Assembly (NCBI GenBank): GCA_951406725.2 | Contig: OX597830.1 | Span: 13,330,001-13,394,000 of the forward strand | DNA: 64,000 nt | Direction of reading: 5' to 3' | DNA from: Octopus vulgaris | Lineage: Eukaryota | Made by a program: the position numbers and the translations under genes | In this document: in pieces, positions 39,165 to 51,700 of the stretch | Position numbering within the stretch: position 1 is the first letter of the stretch | Layout: each line of letters opens with the position of its first letter | Notes under the pieces: generated by a model | Database searches by the model: none | The model's input: the letters and a program-made list of their open reading frames with translations, nothing else | Told to the model about the DNA's origin: nothing

Positions 39165-39366
39165 ACAAGGCTAACAACGTCGTGGGAAGAGATAAGTTGA
39201 TTACATCAAGCGCAGAGTTCAACTGATACTTATTTTATCGGCCCCGAAAAGGGGAGAGTAAAGCAAAGTCAGCCTTGGCTGAAATTGAACTCCGAATGTA
39301 AGGACAGACGAACTGCCGCTAACCATTTTGTTTGGTGCGCTAACGACTTTGCCAGTTCACCGCCTT
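39165..39366 (-). mobile_element. old SINE family A
   Basis: GATTACATCAAG...GCTAACGACTTTGCCAGTTCACCGCC. Confidence 0.7.
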
Positions 39367-39844
39367 AGAAGAACGAAATATTAACCAGAATAATTTAAAA
39401 TAACAGAAATAAGACAGAAAAAGTGACATGTATTACTGAACTATGATGTTTTACGCCAGAGTATATGAATAAAGAGGTATAAGCACACTTATACACGAAA
39501 GGATTTACGTATTTGTACACAAGAATGCATACGCTCAGTTATGTTACAAGAAATCCAATGAGAACTTCTACATATAGTCACAAAAAGTCGCAGTCATCTA
39601 AAAATCTCACACTTAAAACGGTGGATCTAGTCGTGAAGGTCTGCATATTTCGACAAACACTTCAACAAACTTTATTTAATGCATAAACAAGATGGAAAGT
39701 AGTTTTTTTCTTTTTATCATTAAATAAGATATTCAACATTTTGATACAAGCTTAAGTAAAATCCTTCTATAGACTAAAAGGAAAAGAAACAAGTTAGGGT
39801 CGATGGAAAAGAAAAAAAAAAAGAGATATGAATGACAACAGAAG

Positions 39845-39898
<54 letters not shown>

Positions 39899-41850
39899 TG
39901 TGTGTGTGTGTATGAGGGTGAGGTAGAATTAATTGAAGGGAGCAGAAAGTAGAGAGATGATGGTAAGAAGGGAATATGAAGCTAAGAGGTAGGAGTTAAA
40001 GAAATCGAAATAAAGAACATGAAAAAGTAAGAACGGCCAACAGATTTGTTTCAGAGAAGGTAAAAAAAAAATGGATGCAAATTGAGACATGGAGAGAAAG
40101 AGAAACCGAGAGTCGGATATAGAGAATGGAACGGAGAAATGGGATATAAAATGGAAGAAAGAAAAGAGTGATAAGAGAAAAAGACTGAGCTGAGATAGAA
40201 GATATAAGAGATAAAAAAAATATTCATTATAGAATTGGCTGACAGCTATAAGGATCTATTTGAGGCAATGTATATTTTTCGTTGAAAGTATATTTTCCGT
40301 TAATTCAATTTAATTTTTTTTTCATTATCAGTACGGTAATTTTTTTTCTGCTATAATTTAATTTAATATTTTCTTGTTTTTATAAAGTTTTCTTCATGAA
40401 GCATTTGTAGGAAATATCTGACAGAAAGATAGACAACAATAACAACAACAGCAGCAGCAACAACAACAACATCAAGAGACTATTCGTATAAACTGGATAT
40501 CATTCGTTGGTTTATGCTTTGTTCAAAATCTGATAATTTCCTCTGAGTATAGTGTATGTTACGATGGCAACCCTCCACCCCAACAATCATATAGACAGAA
40601 TTGGTAGAGTGGTGGACAAACTGCAGTATTTATTTACATTTCTTTCAGTTCCACAGACGGCATAGTTATTATCAGTCAATGATTGGTGTCGATTAAATGG
40701 ACGACACAACTTCCCACCTCATCAAATATGTGACCTTGCGTTAGTGATTCACTTCGTTAAACAAAAAGAAAAAAAAAAAGAAAACCAAATTCTGAAAAGA
40801 CTACTGGATGGACTGCATCAATAAAATCACAAAATGGCAACAGGTTAGTGTGCCGCAAGCATTTTAGTATTCCAGGTGGAGCTCTTCAGTAGTTTCCTTA
40901 AACAGAGTACAAGTTAGAATTGTTGTTACAGGTTGTAAAATACTTTCCAGTTCTCTTCCGAAGACCCATGTCCAAAACATTAGAATTCTCTTCTTCTCGC
41001 GTCATACAAACTAATTCCTTTTCGCGAAGTTTATTAAAGTTTTAAGACATCATATAATTCTTTATGTCATGTTGACAATCCACGATAGAACTTTCTAGCA
41101 CATGGTTTTAGAGAAAAGTACAAACCTACTTTTACTTAAGCTGAGCCAACAAAAAGAAAAAAGAAAAAAAAGGAAAGATGATGGGTAATTTGTTCTGTAT
41201 TTTTGCCAAGTTTTCTTCAGTTTTATTTTCCATACTTTCAACACCGTTGTTTTCTATTCTTTATCTCTTTCCCTTCTTCTTTTCAATGTATTGACATGTA
41301 AGTGATATGAATATATATGTGAGACGTGATAAACATATGCATTACTTCCCTCTTTTCTTCCACTCTCCATATTTCTGTATACGTACTTACGCACACACAT
41401 ATACACACACACACAGATGCGATTAATGTGTGGGAACGGATTCCTTTTTCATACAATGTACCCATTTTCTGCCACTCTGCTTGATATTCCATATACTTTT
41501 ACAGGTTCTTCGTTTACTCACCTAACATTTAATTCGCGTTTATTTATTTCCATATTCTTTCCGCTTCTATTTCGCTATGTTTTGAAATTTTTGTTTGTTT
41601 CTGTTTGGAATCAAGTTTATTCTAGAAATGAAACCTTGTCTTGTAATTCTACAGCCTTGAAGTGCATCAATAAATCACTAAACTTCAAAATAAATTCTTC
41701 TTTTCACAGTCTTTCTTTTAAGTCTTATCTCACCCATTTCCCCCCAAGAAGGTATCGGCTGTTTTTCTTATCAACATTATACGGAATTAAAATAGTTTAC
41801 GCCAACCAAATTCCGTAGCTTACCCTGAGAAAGCTGTTATCTTCGGCTTG

Positions 41851-41852
<2 letters not shown>

Positions 41853-41948
<96 letters not shown>

Positions 41949-42035
41949 GTATATATATATATGTGTATATATATATATGTATATATATATGTGTGTATAT
42001 ATATATGTATATATATATGTGTGTATATATATATG

Positions 42036-42074
<39 letters not shown>

Positions 42075-42095
42075 ATGTATATATATATATGTATA

Positions 42096-42175
<80 letters not shown>

Positions 42176-42270
42176 CGTGTGTGTGTTTATATATATATAC
42201 AAACATAAATACATCTCTCTATATATGCATAAATACGTTTCTCTCTACATATAAATACATCTTTCTCTTT

Positions 42271-42345
<75 letters not shown>

Positions 42346-42383
42346 TACGCGCGCGCACACACACACACACATACACACACACA
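41853..42383. repeat. compound (TA)n/(TG)n/(CA)n array
   Basis: Directly visible. Confidence 0.97.
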
Positions 42384-42884
42384 ACAGTTCTATCTAGGTG
42401 ATGCTCTTAGTAAAAGCATAGCATAACTTTCGGCTTCCTATATATGTAACAGTCATTTCTAGGCAATGTTCTTAATCTCTTGATGATATTTTTACTGTAA
42501 ATTCGATTTTTTCAATCCTCTCGGGAAGATTGCCGGATTTAACTTATTTTTACTTTTGATCTAAAATAGGAAAGGATAGCATAATTTTCAATTTCTGTAC
42601 GCCAACATAAAAGTGAAGTAAATTTGATGAAATATAGAAAAAAGGTACATATATATATATATATGTTTTGAATTATTACCGAATATTTGAAAGACTTGAG
42701 TGAAAAGAATTATGAGACATTAAAAGTATTGTTCCACAGTGAACTAAATGTTGTTCGATTCTTTGCAGTCTAGCCACGGAAATTATTGGATCGTTTAGTC
42801 AGTGTGTAACACAGATGTAAACCCCAAGACCGATTCTTCAAAACATTCGTAATTTTCTGCAAGACGAAAATAGACGAAGGTTTT

Positions 42885-43248
42885 ACCTTTTTACTTGCTT
42901 CAGCCATTGGACGGCGGCCATGCTGGAGCACCGCTTTGAAGAATTTTTTTAGTCGGACATATCGACCCCGGTACTTATTGTTTACTTTTTGTAAAGCCTG
43001 GTACTTATTTTTTTTGCCGAACTGCTAAGTTACAAGGGTGTAAACACACTAACACCGGCTGCCAAGTAGTGGTGGGGAAAACACAGACACAAACACATAT
43101 ACGACGGTCTTCTTTCAGTTTCCGTCTACTAAATTCACTCACAAGACTTTGGTCAGCCCGAGGCTGTAATAGAATACATTTGCCCAAGGTTCCACGCAGT
43201 GGGACTGAACCTGGAACCATGTAGTTAGGAAGCAAACTTCTTACCACA
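42885..43248 (-). mobile_element. SINE family B, diverged
   Basis: GCGGCCATGCTGGAGCACCGC...GGGACTGAACCTGGAACCATG. Confidence 0.85.
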
Positions 43249-43350
43249 CACATACACACACACGCACGAACACACACACACACACACATTCTAGAATGTT
43301 ACCTGTCACGTGAGGAGTAACTTTGGAAGTCTACTTTTGTCACCGACTTT

Positions 43351-43772
43351 GGATCTTTTCGGTTCGAACGGCAGATTTTTTCTAACGGTGTCATATGAAA
43401 TTGTCACCCATAATTATGACCCTAGTATCGATCTATTGCATTTCAATCTCTTTTAGGGTTAGGGTTAGGGGTGGGGGAAGGGTATCTTTTTTTTCTTCAG
43501 AAATGTAAATAAACCCAATCTGTTTCTTAAACGAGGGACATATTCATACGACACAGAATGTTTTTTTTAACCCCAATAGACGTCATTGATTGTTTGAAAT
43601 TGCAGAAATTGATGAAAAAAAACAGCAAATATCTTACAAACTATAGAATTTTCTCAATAAAGCCAAGAGAAAAAGATGTTTTATAAACACATTCTACCAG
43701 TATACGAAGTTTAAAAGTGTTTAGTTACGTGGAAATTATTTTAAAAAACTGCCGGTCAAACCGAAAAGATTC
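43351..43772. mobile_element. MITE, Merlin-like termini, containing (TTAGGG)n; inverted copy of 3439-3857
   Basis: GGATCTTTTCGGTTCGAACGGCAG ... CTGCCGGTCAAACCGAAAAGATTC; flanking 8-mers CCGACTTT / CCTACTTG (6/8 match). Confidence 0.85.
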
Positions 43773-44823
43773 CCTACTTGTGTTACCATGAGTAATTTGA
43801 TAAAAAGTTAAATTACAATTATTGTATGTTTACCATTTTCTTGATGCCAATAATTGTGGTAAATTTCAAGTTGTAGCAAATGCAGTGATATCTTCATTTG
43901 GAAGAATTTGTTATAAATGTTTAACTTAGCGAATAGACTGGTGACTCAGGCAAAAGAAACAAAACAAAACAAAAACAAACAAAATACGCCGAAATTAACA
44001 AAATGAAAACCAAAAAAAAACTTACTCTTCTAACGAAGAACTTAGTTGAAAAGCATCTCAGGAAAATATTCATTAGAATAAGCATTAACTACGGCAAAGC
44101 CATTTTCAGATACAGTTAATTACTCCCTCCTCTCATGCTTCTCGGCGTTGTCGTCGTCGTCGTCATCCGCCTCCTTCTTTCCCCCTCCTTCCCTCCCCTT
44201 CTTTCATCCTTTCCCTCCCCTTCGCCTATTCTTCTCCCCTTCCCCTTCCCCTCCTTCTCCTCTCATCCTCCTCTTCCTCTTCCTCTTCCTCTTCTGGTGA
44301 TCTGCCGCTATGATTCTTTCCCACTGTGTGTGTGCGTGTGTGTGAATGCAACATTCTTCTACTCATTGTTTGCCACCAAGCCTAGTATGTGCTGTTATCC
44401 GGTACCTCTTACGTTAACTTTCTCTGTATCTATATTTCACTCTATCTCCTTCTCTCTAGACGATCAACCAACCAACCAAGCAACCAAGCAACCACCCACC
44501 CACCCAACCAACCAACCAACCAAAGAAACAAACAACATTTACTTCTGTTATCATTGAAAAGAGCATATATATATATATATATGATATATATATATGTCCA
44601 GACATTTATGAGTGTTTCTAATATCCCACGTTTGAAATAAGACTTCAAATGTTGCTATAAGTGGAAGACTGCTTCAATATTTGTAACTTAGTTTTAGCTG
44701 AATTGGTACAAGCAAGCAGGCTAATCCTTGCTCCTAGATCTAAATAAGTGAAAATTCTAGTAGCAACAAACCTTGAAATTTTCGCTGTTAGCTCCATACA
44801 ATTTCCACCTGTTTCATACAGAA

Positions 44824-45405
44824 ATAGTGATCGTATACTGTCAACTGAATGTGACAGTCCCGTAAGGGAATTACACCACCGCCATTTAGCCCTAGGAAAC
44901 ATCGACGCTTCCTGTCAGCTTTGAAACATTTTCTGTGTCCTTATATTTGCAAAGGGGAGGCAATCACATTGAGTTGACAGTATCCAACTACTGTATCGCT
45001 CCACCACCGCTCATGTCTCTCTGAGACATTTAGATATTCAATATTTCTAATTTCGGTGATCAGTAAATAAATTTTACTGAAAAGATATATTTGCGAAGAG
45101 GTTGCGGTCATCTCAGCGAGCAGGACTGGCTACCCTGGACTGACGACGAGCAATAGACTCAGAAACATATGTCTTCAGGTGCTCAGTCCCAGCTGGCGGG
45201 GGTGATTGCCTCCCCTTTGCAAATATAAGGACACAGAAAATGTGTCAAAGCCGACAGGAAGCGTCGATGCTTCCTAGGGCTAAATGACGCTGGTGTAATT
45301 CCCTCACGGGACTGTCACATTGAGTTGACAGTATACGACCACTATATCGCTCCACCACCGCTCATGTCTCTCTGAGACATTTAGAAATTCAATATTTCTA
45401 ATTTC
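44824..45405 (+). mobile_element. non-autonomous hammerhead-bearing retroelement (retrozyme-like or solo Penelope pLTR)
   Basis: 351-bp unit with ~90-bp terminal redundancy (44964-45052 vs 45315-45405), 144-bp 5' inversion (44824-44967 vs 45202-45345), flanking 14-bp direct repeat TTTCATACAGAAAT. Confidence 0.75.
45123..45189 (+). ncRNA. type I minimal hammerhead ribozyme
   Basis: Stem I CCTGGA/TTCAGG extended by GGACTG/CAGTCC; core CTGACGA (45140-45146); stem II cGAG-CAATAGA-CTCa; GAAAC (45162-45166); palindromic loop ATAT; GTC triplet (45171-45173). Confidence 0.8.
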
Positions 45406-45900
45406 ATACAGAAATGTTATGGATATTCAATATACATGTCATCTAGGAAGACGGATCACCGCCAATTCACAGGTAAATAGATTTCAATACATAAAAATTG
45501 CTCGATGAATCTATATTTGTTCAGCGTAGCGTGTGATGTGTGAAGCAATGCTGTCCAGGCACGAACAGCGGTGAATGTGATTGTAGTGCCTATCGAATGC
45601 TGTAGGTATTGAAACCCCTATTATATTTGTTCCTTTTCTATTAGGATCAGTATATCAAAAGACGAAAGAGTGCAAATAACAACAACTACAACAAAAAACA
45701 CTCTACCACCCAACAGAAATCTATGGGAGAGTGGCGAAAATTGCTTTTATACTAATTTTGAAATCGCAACTAATTACTTTAACTATCATTTTTCACGATA
45801 CAAATGGATACAAATCAGAGAGTTACATAATGAAAACGCCATAATTACGCCGCTAAACCTATTGGTTACGGGACTAAGCACCATGATATTTTATCGACTA

Positions 45901-46195
45901 CTAGCAGTATCGCCCGGCGTTGCTCGGGTTTGTATGGAAATAACTATATAAGCACTTTTAGAGAGTTATAGCCAAAAAATAGCAAAAATATGCATTAAAA
46001 ATGGAAAAAAAATGATGGTAAATTTTTTTAAAATCGTTGACTCATCGTAGACGCGCGCTAATACCCAGAAGGGCTCGATATGAATCACGACTATTAGATA
46101 CCCGGTTTTGGTTAAACTGCACCGCAAAATATGGGAGTAGTTAGGAATCTAAATCGTAGGGGACAGGCACACAACTTCACGTTTATATATAAAGA
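45901..46195 (-). mobile_element. non-autonomous Helitron-like element
   Basis: Minus strand reads A|TCTTTATATATAAAC ... CCCGAGCAACGCCGGG hairpin-CGATACTGCTAG|T, the 5'-TC / 3'-CTAG signature inserted between A and T. Confidence 0.8.
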
Positions 46196-46959
46196 TTACA
46201 CTTGCAATGATTACAGCGTCCTTTGCTTTGTAGACGCAAGATATTGGTTGCTCTCCTTTTTACACTGTCCAGAATAAACTATTATTTCTACTACTCAGTT
46301 CAGACAAACACACGCATCATAAATTCCAAATACTGACCTTGCAATGGACACTTAGAATAATAACTGTTACTTTCCGATCAAGACCCCTTACCTCCCTATG
46401 TTGTGGATACCATCAGAGCTTACAGGTTCTCCTGGTAGTCACAACAACATGGTTATTCGATATGATCGCTCGATGTACCAGAAATAGCAATTAAATCCCT
46501 TTTGAATAATAACCCCACCATCTAGAAAAGAGACGGGTACACTGGTTAATGTAATCCTTGATACACAACGAAATAAGCTGATGTAATGTTGACTGAACTG
46601 TCCTTTTCGATCATAGATCTACTTAACCAGGAATAACCTGGAGTTAAACAACAACTGGTCTACACAGCAACCCATGTTTGAAAGCGCAGTATGATTCTTT
46701 AATTGACAAAGAAATGCAGCCATAGATATAAATACATACATATATGGATCTGTATATATAAAAGGCAGGATATGTGTGTGTGTATACGTGAATGTAATTT
46801 ATGTACGTCCACAAATTAGCACGAATGTCACTCCAATTTTAGGAGGACATTCGTCATCATCCAAGCTGTATTTTCGTCAACTCATTTTCCCCAGCGAATA
46901 GCAGTAAAAATAAATTTTCAACCAAAACCTTTAGCAATATTCAAGTCAGAGAAATCACC

Positions 46960-47690
46960 ATTGTTCCCCTCACAAAGCTGCTTGTGGTATGATTTCTATA
47001 CAGAAATTTCTTCTGTATGTTAAGTCCCTCCCTGCAGATCACATGATGTATAGCAACTGTGATTCTGTCGTCGAAATACAGTAATTTTAGGAAGCACATG
47101 TCAGACTTGATGATATAGGCCTTTGACTTCAGCCATATTTAAATGCTGTCATTTGGCGAAAGATGGAGGAAAGCTCTTGTGGAACCACTTGGTGTTGGTA
47201 GCTTCGACAGCTACGTCACTGCACCTGTCACTTATGCAGACGATTCCATTTTGCACGCATGCAGCTTCGGTTATGGTGGGCAGAGCTGACTCATTGTGCA
47301 CAAACAAGTTTCAACTGGCAACTTTCTTGTAAAATCTGAGTAGATCCGAGTTGGGAATCGAGCAGAAAGAAGGTTCCGGACTCGTCCGGGAGTTCAATTT
47401 CCAATTTTATGTGCTTGTCGGCGATGTTGAATCTCTGGCAAAAATCAAAAGCGTCTTTCCAGGAAGAAGTGCACCTCATGGTGTCACCGACGTATTTGGA
47501 GAGAAAGAAGCATGAATGATCGATGCTAAGTATCGTGCGCTTTGATTGGTTCGTGTATGTGATGGCCAGCAGACCTGAGAATCTTGGTCCCATCGGTTGA
47601 CCTGAGACCTGCTTCTATACTACACCGCTGTATTGAAAATAGGTGTTACAGACTTATGTTCAATAGTTTCCGAACGTCTGATGGTGTAAA
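46960..47690 (-). mobile_element. Penelope-like RT fragment, highly decayed
   Basis: FQYSG, MGPRFSGLLAI, SKYVGDT (RYVDD motif), FNIADKHIKLEIELPDESGTFFLLD, FYKK...LFVHNESALP. Confidence 0.7.
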
Positions 47691-47707
47691 GCTTACTTTA
47701 TATAGAA

Positions 47708-48200
47708 CTAGCAGCATAGCCCGGCATTGCCCGGGTATGTAAGAGCCCCTAGTAGGCAATGACTAATCCCAATCTAGTCCTTTCCCTCTAGGGAACGAAG
47801 GCGCATGTGTAGGTTGCAATGTCTTCTCTTCACTCGAATACTTCTGTGTATACGATGTTTCTAGCTGTCCCTTTGGGCGAAAACATGAAAACATCATTGC
47901 GCCTCCCAACGCGCGAACAGCCCACGTAGAGTTGACCGTGGGCGAAGCACTGTTCGCTCAAATGTAAGTTGCGAAAACTACAACAGAAAATGTGTTGCAT
48001 ATAAAAAGCTTAGATTCTCGACCCCATGTCGAATTTATCGATTTTTTTCAGAACTGGGGGAACTTTTCAAAATTTTCGCTGTGTTAGTTTTGAATTATGA
48101 CATTGGGCTATGTGTGTGTGTGTCAAGATTCATCAGAATCGGTTGAAAGCCGTGGTCAGGGTGGGGGTACAACCTGACAGACACACAGACAGACAAACAC
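47708..48200 (-). mobile_element. non-autonomous Helitron-like element (5' end not recognisable)
   Basis: Plus strand A|CTAGCAGCATAGCCCGGCATTGCCCGGG, the same 3' terminal hairpin and CTAG as 45901; GACA repeats near the other end. Confidence 0.7.
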
Positions 48201-48497
48201 TTACTATCCATATTCCTTGCACGCATCAACAGCTCCAACGTGATCTTTAAAAGACTCAAGGATATCGATCCCACTAAGAAATAACCGATATCCTTTTAGC
48301 TTATGCAAAATTTCTCTCAATACTTGCGTCTCTGTTCTTCTGGCTGTCGACATTCGAACTGACCGCATCATGTCTCTTTTCCTTTCTTTTCTTTTCCACC
48401 TTTTCCTTCTGTCCTCCTCCTCCTAATACCACCACCACCACTACTACTACTACTACTACTTTCTCTTCTTCCGCTATCACCAGCTTCCATTTCTTCG

Positions 48498-48533
<36 letters not shown>

Positions 48534-48639
48534 GAGAGAAAGAGAAAGAAAGAGAGATAGAGAGATAGATGAGGGAGAGAGAAAGGGAGGGAGAAGCGGA
48601 GAGCAATACAAATATACATGCATGCTATATCTCTCTGTA

Positions 48640-48886
<247 letters not shown>

Positions 48887-48888
<2 letters not shown>

Positions 48889-49149
48889 ACTAAGTAATTA
48901 AGGGTTTAGCAACGAATTGCCTCACCAACACACCGAATTTAGAAATAGCAGTCAAAGAGATATAGCTATTCCTTCTACTAAAAGGGGGATCTCAGTAAAA
49001 ACACAGCACTTGAAAGGCAAACACAAGTGCTGTGTTTTTACTGAGATCCCCATTTTAGTAGAAGGAATAGCTATATCTCTTTGACTGCTATTTCTAAATT
49101 CGGTGTGTTGGTGAGGCAATTCGTTGCTAAACCCTTAATTACTTAGTAT
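48887..49149. repeat. long near-perfect palindrome (126-bp arms, 11-nt loop)
   Basis: 48887-49012 vs 49024-49149, one mismatch seen; part of a ~360-bp unit flanked by (TA)n. Confidence 0.95.
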
Positions 49150-49246
49150 TACTTAAATTTTCCTCGAATGGGGCTTTTACATGCCGAAATCTACTTGGTG
49201 TAATTGATAATTATCCCTAATTAATTAATTTCACCCTTTATTATTA

Positions 49247-49293
<47 letters not shown>

Positions 49294-49627
49294 ATGTTTA
49301 TACTATAAACATAATTCTATTTATCTGTGTGAGAGAGAATGAAATAGAGTGAGAGAGAGGGAGAGAGAGAGGTAAAGAGAGAAAGAGAGAGGTGGGTTTC
49401 GGGAGCGACAGAGATGTAAGGAGAGGATCTGAGATGTTGAAGAGCGTCAGAACTATGGAAAACAAATGACAGTAGTAATTTTGACAATTATGTAAGACAT
49501 GTTTTTTTTTTAAACAAAGTCATTTGGAAAATTCGTGCATCCATTTTTATAGAACCCTGTATGTGTACGTGCGTCCGTGTTTGGCGGTAAATATGTATCT
49601 GTGCCTACGTGTTTATATGCATAGTCA

Positions 49628-50722
49628 TATGTATGTATGCATGTATGTATGTATGTATGTATGTATGTATGTATGTATGTATGCATGTATGTATGTATGT
49701 ATGTATGTATGTATGTATGTATGTATGTATGTATGTATGTATGTATGTATGTATGTATGTATGTATGTATGTATGTATGTATGTATGTATGTATGTATGT
49801 ATGTATGTATGTATGTATGTATGTATGTATGTATGTATGTATGTATGTATGTATGTATGTATGTATGTATGTATGTATGTATGTATGTATGTATGTATGT
49901 ATGTATGTATGTATGTATGTATGTATGTATGTATGTATGTATGTATGTGTGTATGTATGTATGTATGTATGTATGTATGTATGTATGTATGTATGTATGT
50001 ATGTATGTATGTATGTATGTATGTATGTATGTATGTATGTATGTATGTATGTATGTATGTATGTATGTATGTATGTATGTATGTATGTATGCATGTATGT
50101 ATGTATGTATGTATGCATGTATGTATGTATGTATGTATGTATGTATGTATGTATGTATGTATGATGATGTATGTATGTATGTATGTATGTATGTATGTAT
50201 GTATGTATGTATGTATGTATGCATGCATGTATGTATGTATGTATGTATGTATGTATGTATGTATGTATGTATGCATGTATGCATGCATGCATGTATGTAT
50301 GTATGTATGTATGTATGTATGTATATGTATGTATGTATGTATGTATGATGTATGCATGCATGCATGTATGTATGTATGTATGTATGTATGTATGTATGTA
50401 TGTATGTATGTATGTATGTATGCATGTATGTATGCATGCATGCATGTATGTATGTATGAATGTATGTATGTATGTATGTATGTATGTATGTATGTATGTA
50501 TGTATGTATGTATGTATGTATGTATGCATGTATGTATGTATGATGTATGTATGTATGTATGATGTATGTATGTATGTATGTATGTATGTATGTATGCATG
50601 CATGTATGTATGTATGTATGTATGTATGTATGTATGTATGTATGTATGTATGTATGTATGTGTGTATGTATGTATGTATGTATTTATGTATGTATGTATG
50701 TATGTATGTATGTATGTATGTA
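49628..50722. repeat. ~1.1-kb (TATG)n array
   Basis: Directly visible. Confidence 0.99.
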
Positions 50723-50925
50723 TTAATGTATATGTCCAGGCGCATTTGCTAAACTTCTTGAATGCTTTGTCTTTTTGTCAAGTGTTTAGGAATATGTGTG
50801 TGTGTGTGTGTGTGAGTGTGCATCTTTTCGTATCTATATACACGTTCTTTTCGTTTGTGCTTGTGCGTGTGCGTTCATATGCATGTGCGTGACTTTGTAC
50901 TCTGAATAATTTATATTTATATATA

Positions 50926-51155
50926 TTTCTTTATTACCCACAAGGGGCTAAACACAGAGGAGACAAACAAGGACAGACAAAGGGATTAAGTCGATTACAT
51001 CGACCCCAGTGCATAACTGGTACTTAATTTATCGACCCCGGAAGGATGAAAGGCAAAGTCGACCTCGACGGAATTTGAACTCAGAACATAACGGCAGACG
51101 AAATACGGCAACGCATTTCGCTCGGCGTGCTAACGTTTCTGCCAGCTCGCCGCCT
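50926..51155 (-). mobile_element. SINE family A
   Basis: Full family A sequence; TSD-like AATTTATATT on both sides. Confidence 0.9.
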
Positions 51156-51559
51156 TCAATTTATATTCATACATTATATGTATGCCTGTACTTATGTCTT
51201 TTATCCATGAACATGTGTGACTCTGCTCGTTCTTTTCGTGTTCTTGGTAGTCACAACAGGAACAATGTTTTTTCTTCAAATGTGTTGTCGATAATCCTTC
51301 AGTTTAAAACTCTTCGAGTTCAGATATGTTGAAAGCTTTTTTTAAGAATTGGTCGAAGCATTTTTTCACACACGGTATATTGTTTAATATAAAATTAGGA
51401 ACAGAAGTTGAATTTTAGTTTTATTTAGATACACACACATGCATAAACACATATACATACACACAAACATATACAAATACTTGTGCTCTCATGTGCATAC
51501 ACGCACACACTTATAGATAGGTAGATATAGGTATATCTGTACAGAGTATACATGTGCAT

Positions 51560-51567
51560 ATCTATCG

Positions 51568-51610
<43 letters not shown>

Positions 51611-51700
51611 CATCCGTCTGTCTGTCTGTCTGTCTGTCTGCCTACCTGCCTGTCTATCTGTCTGTCTGCCTGTCTGTCTGTCTGCCTGTCTTTTTATCTA
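51560..51700. repeat. (TCTA)n/(TCTG)n microsatellite
   Basis: Directly visible. Confidence 0.93.

Noticed and set aside
49160-49205. GGC-TTTTACAT-GCC-GAAA as a hammerhead stem II next to the long palindrome
   Set aside because: Upstream sequence is CTCGAATGG, not CTGANGA, and no convincing stem I or III
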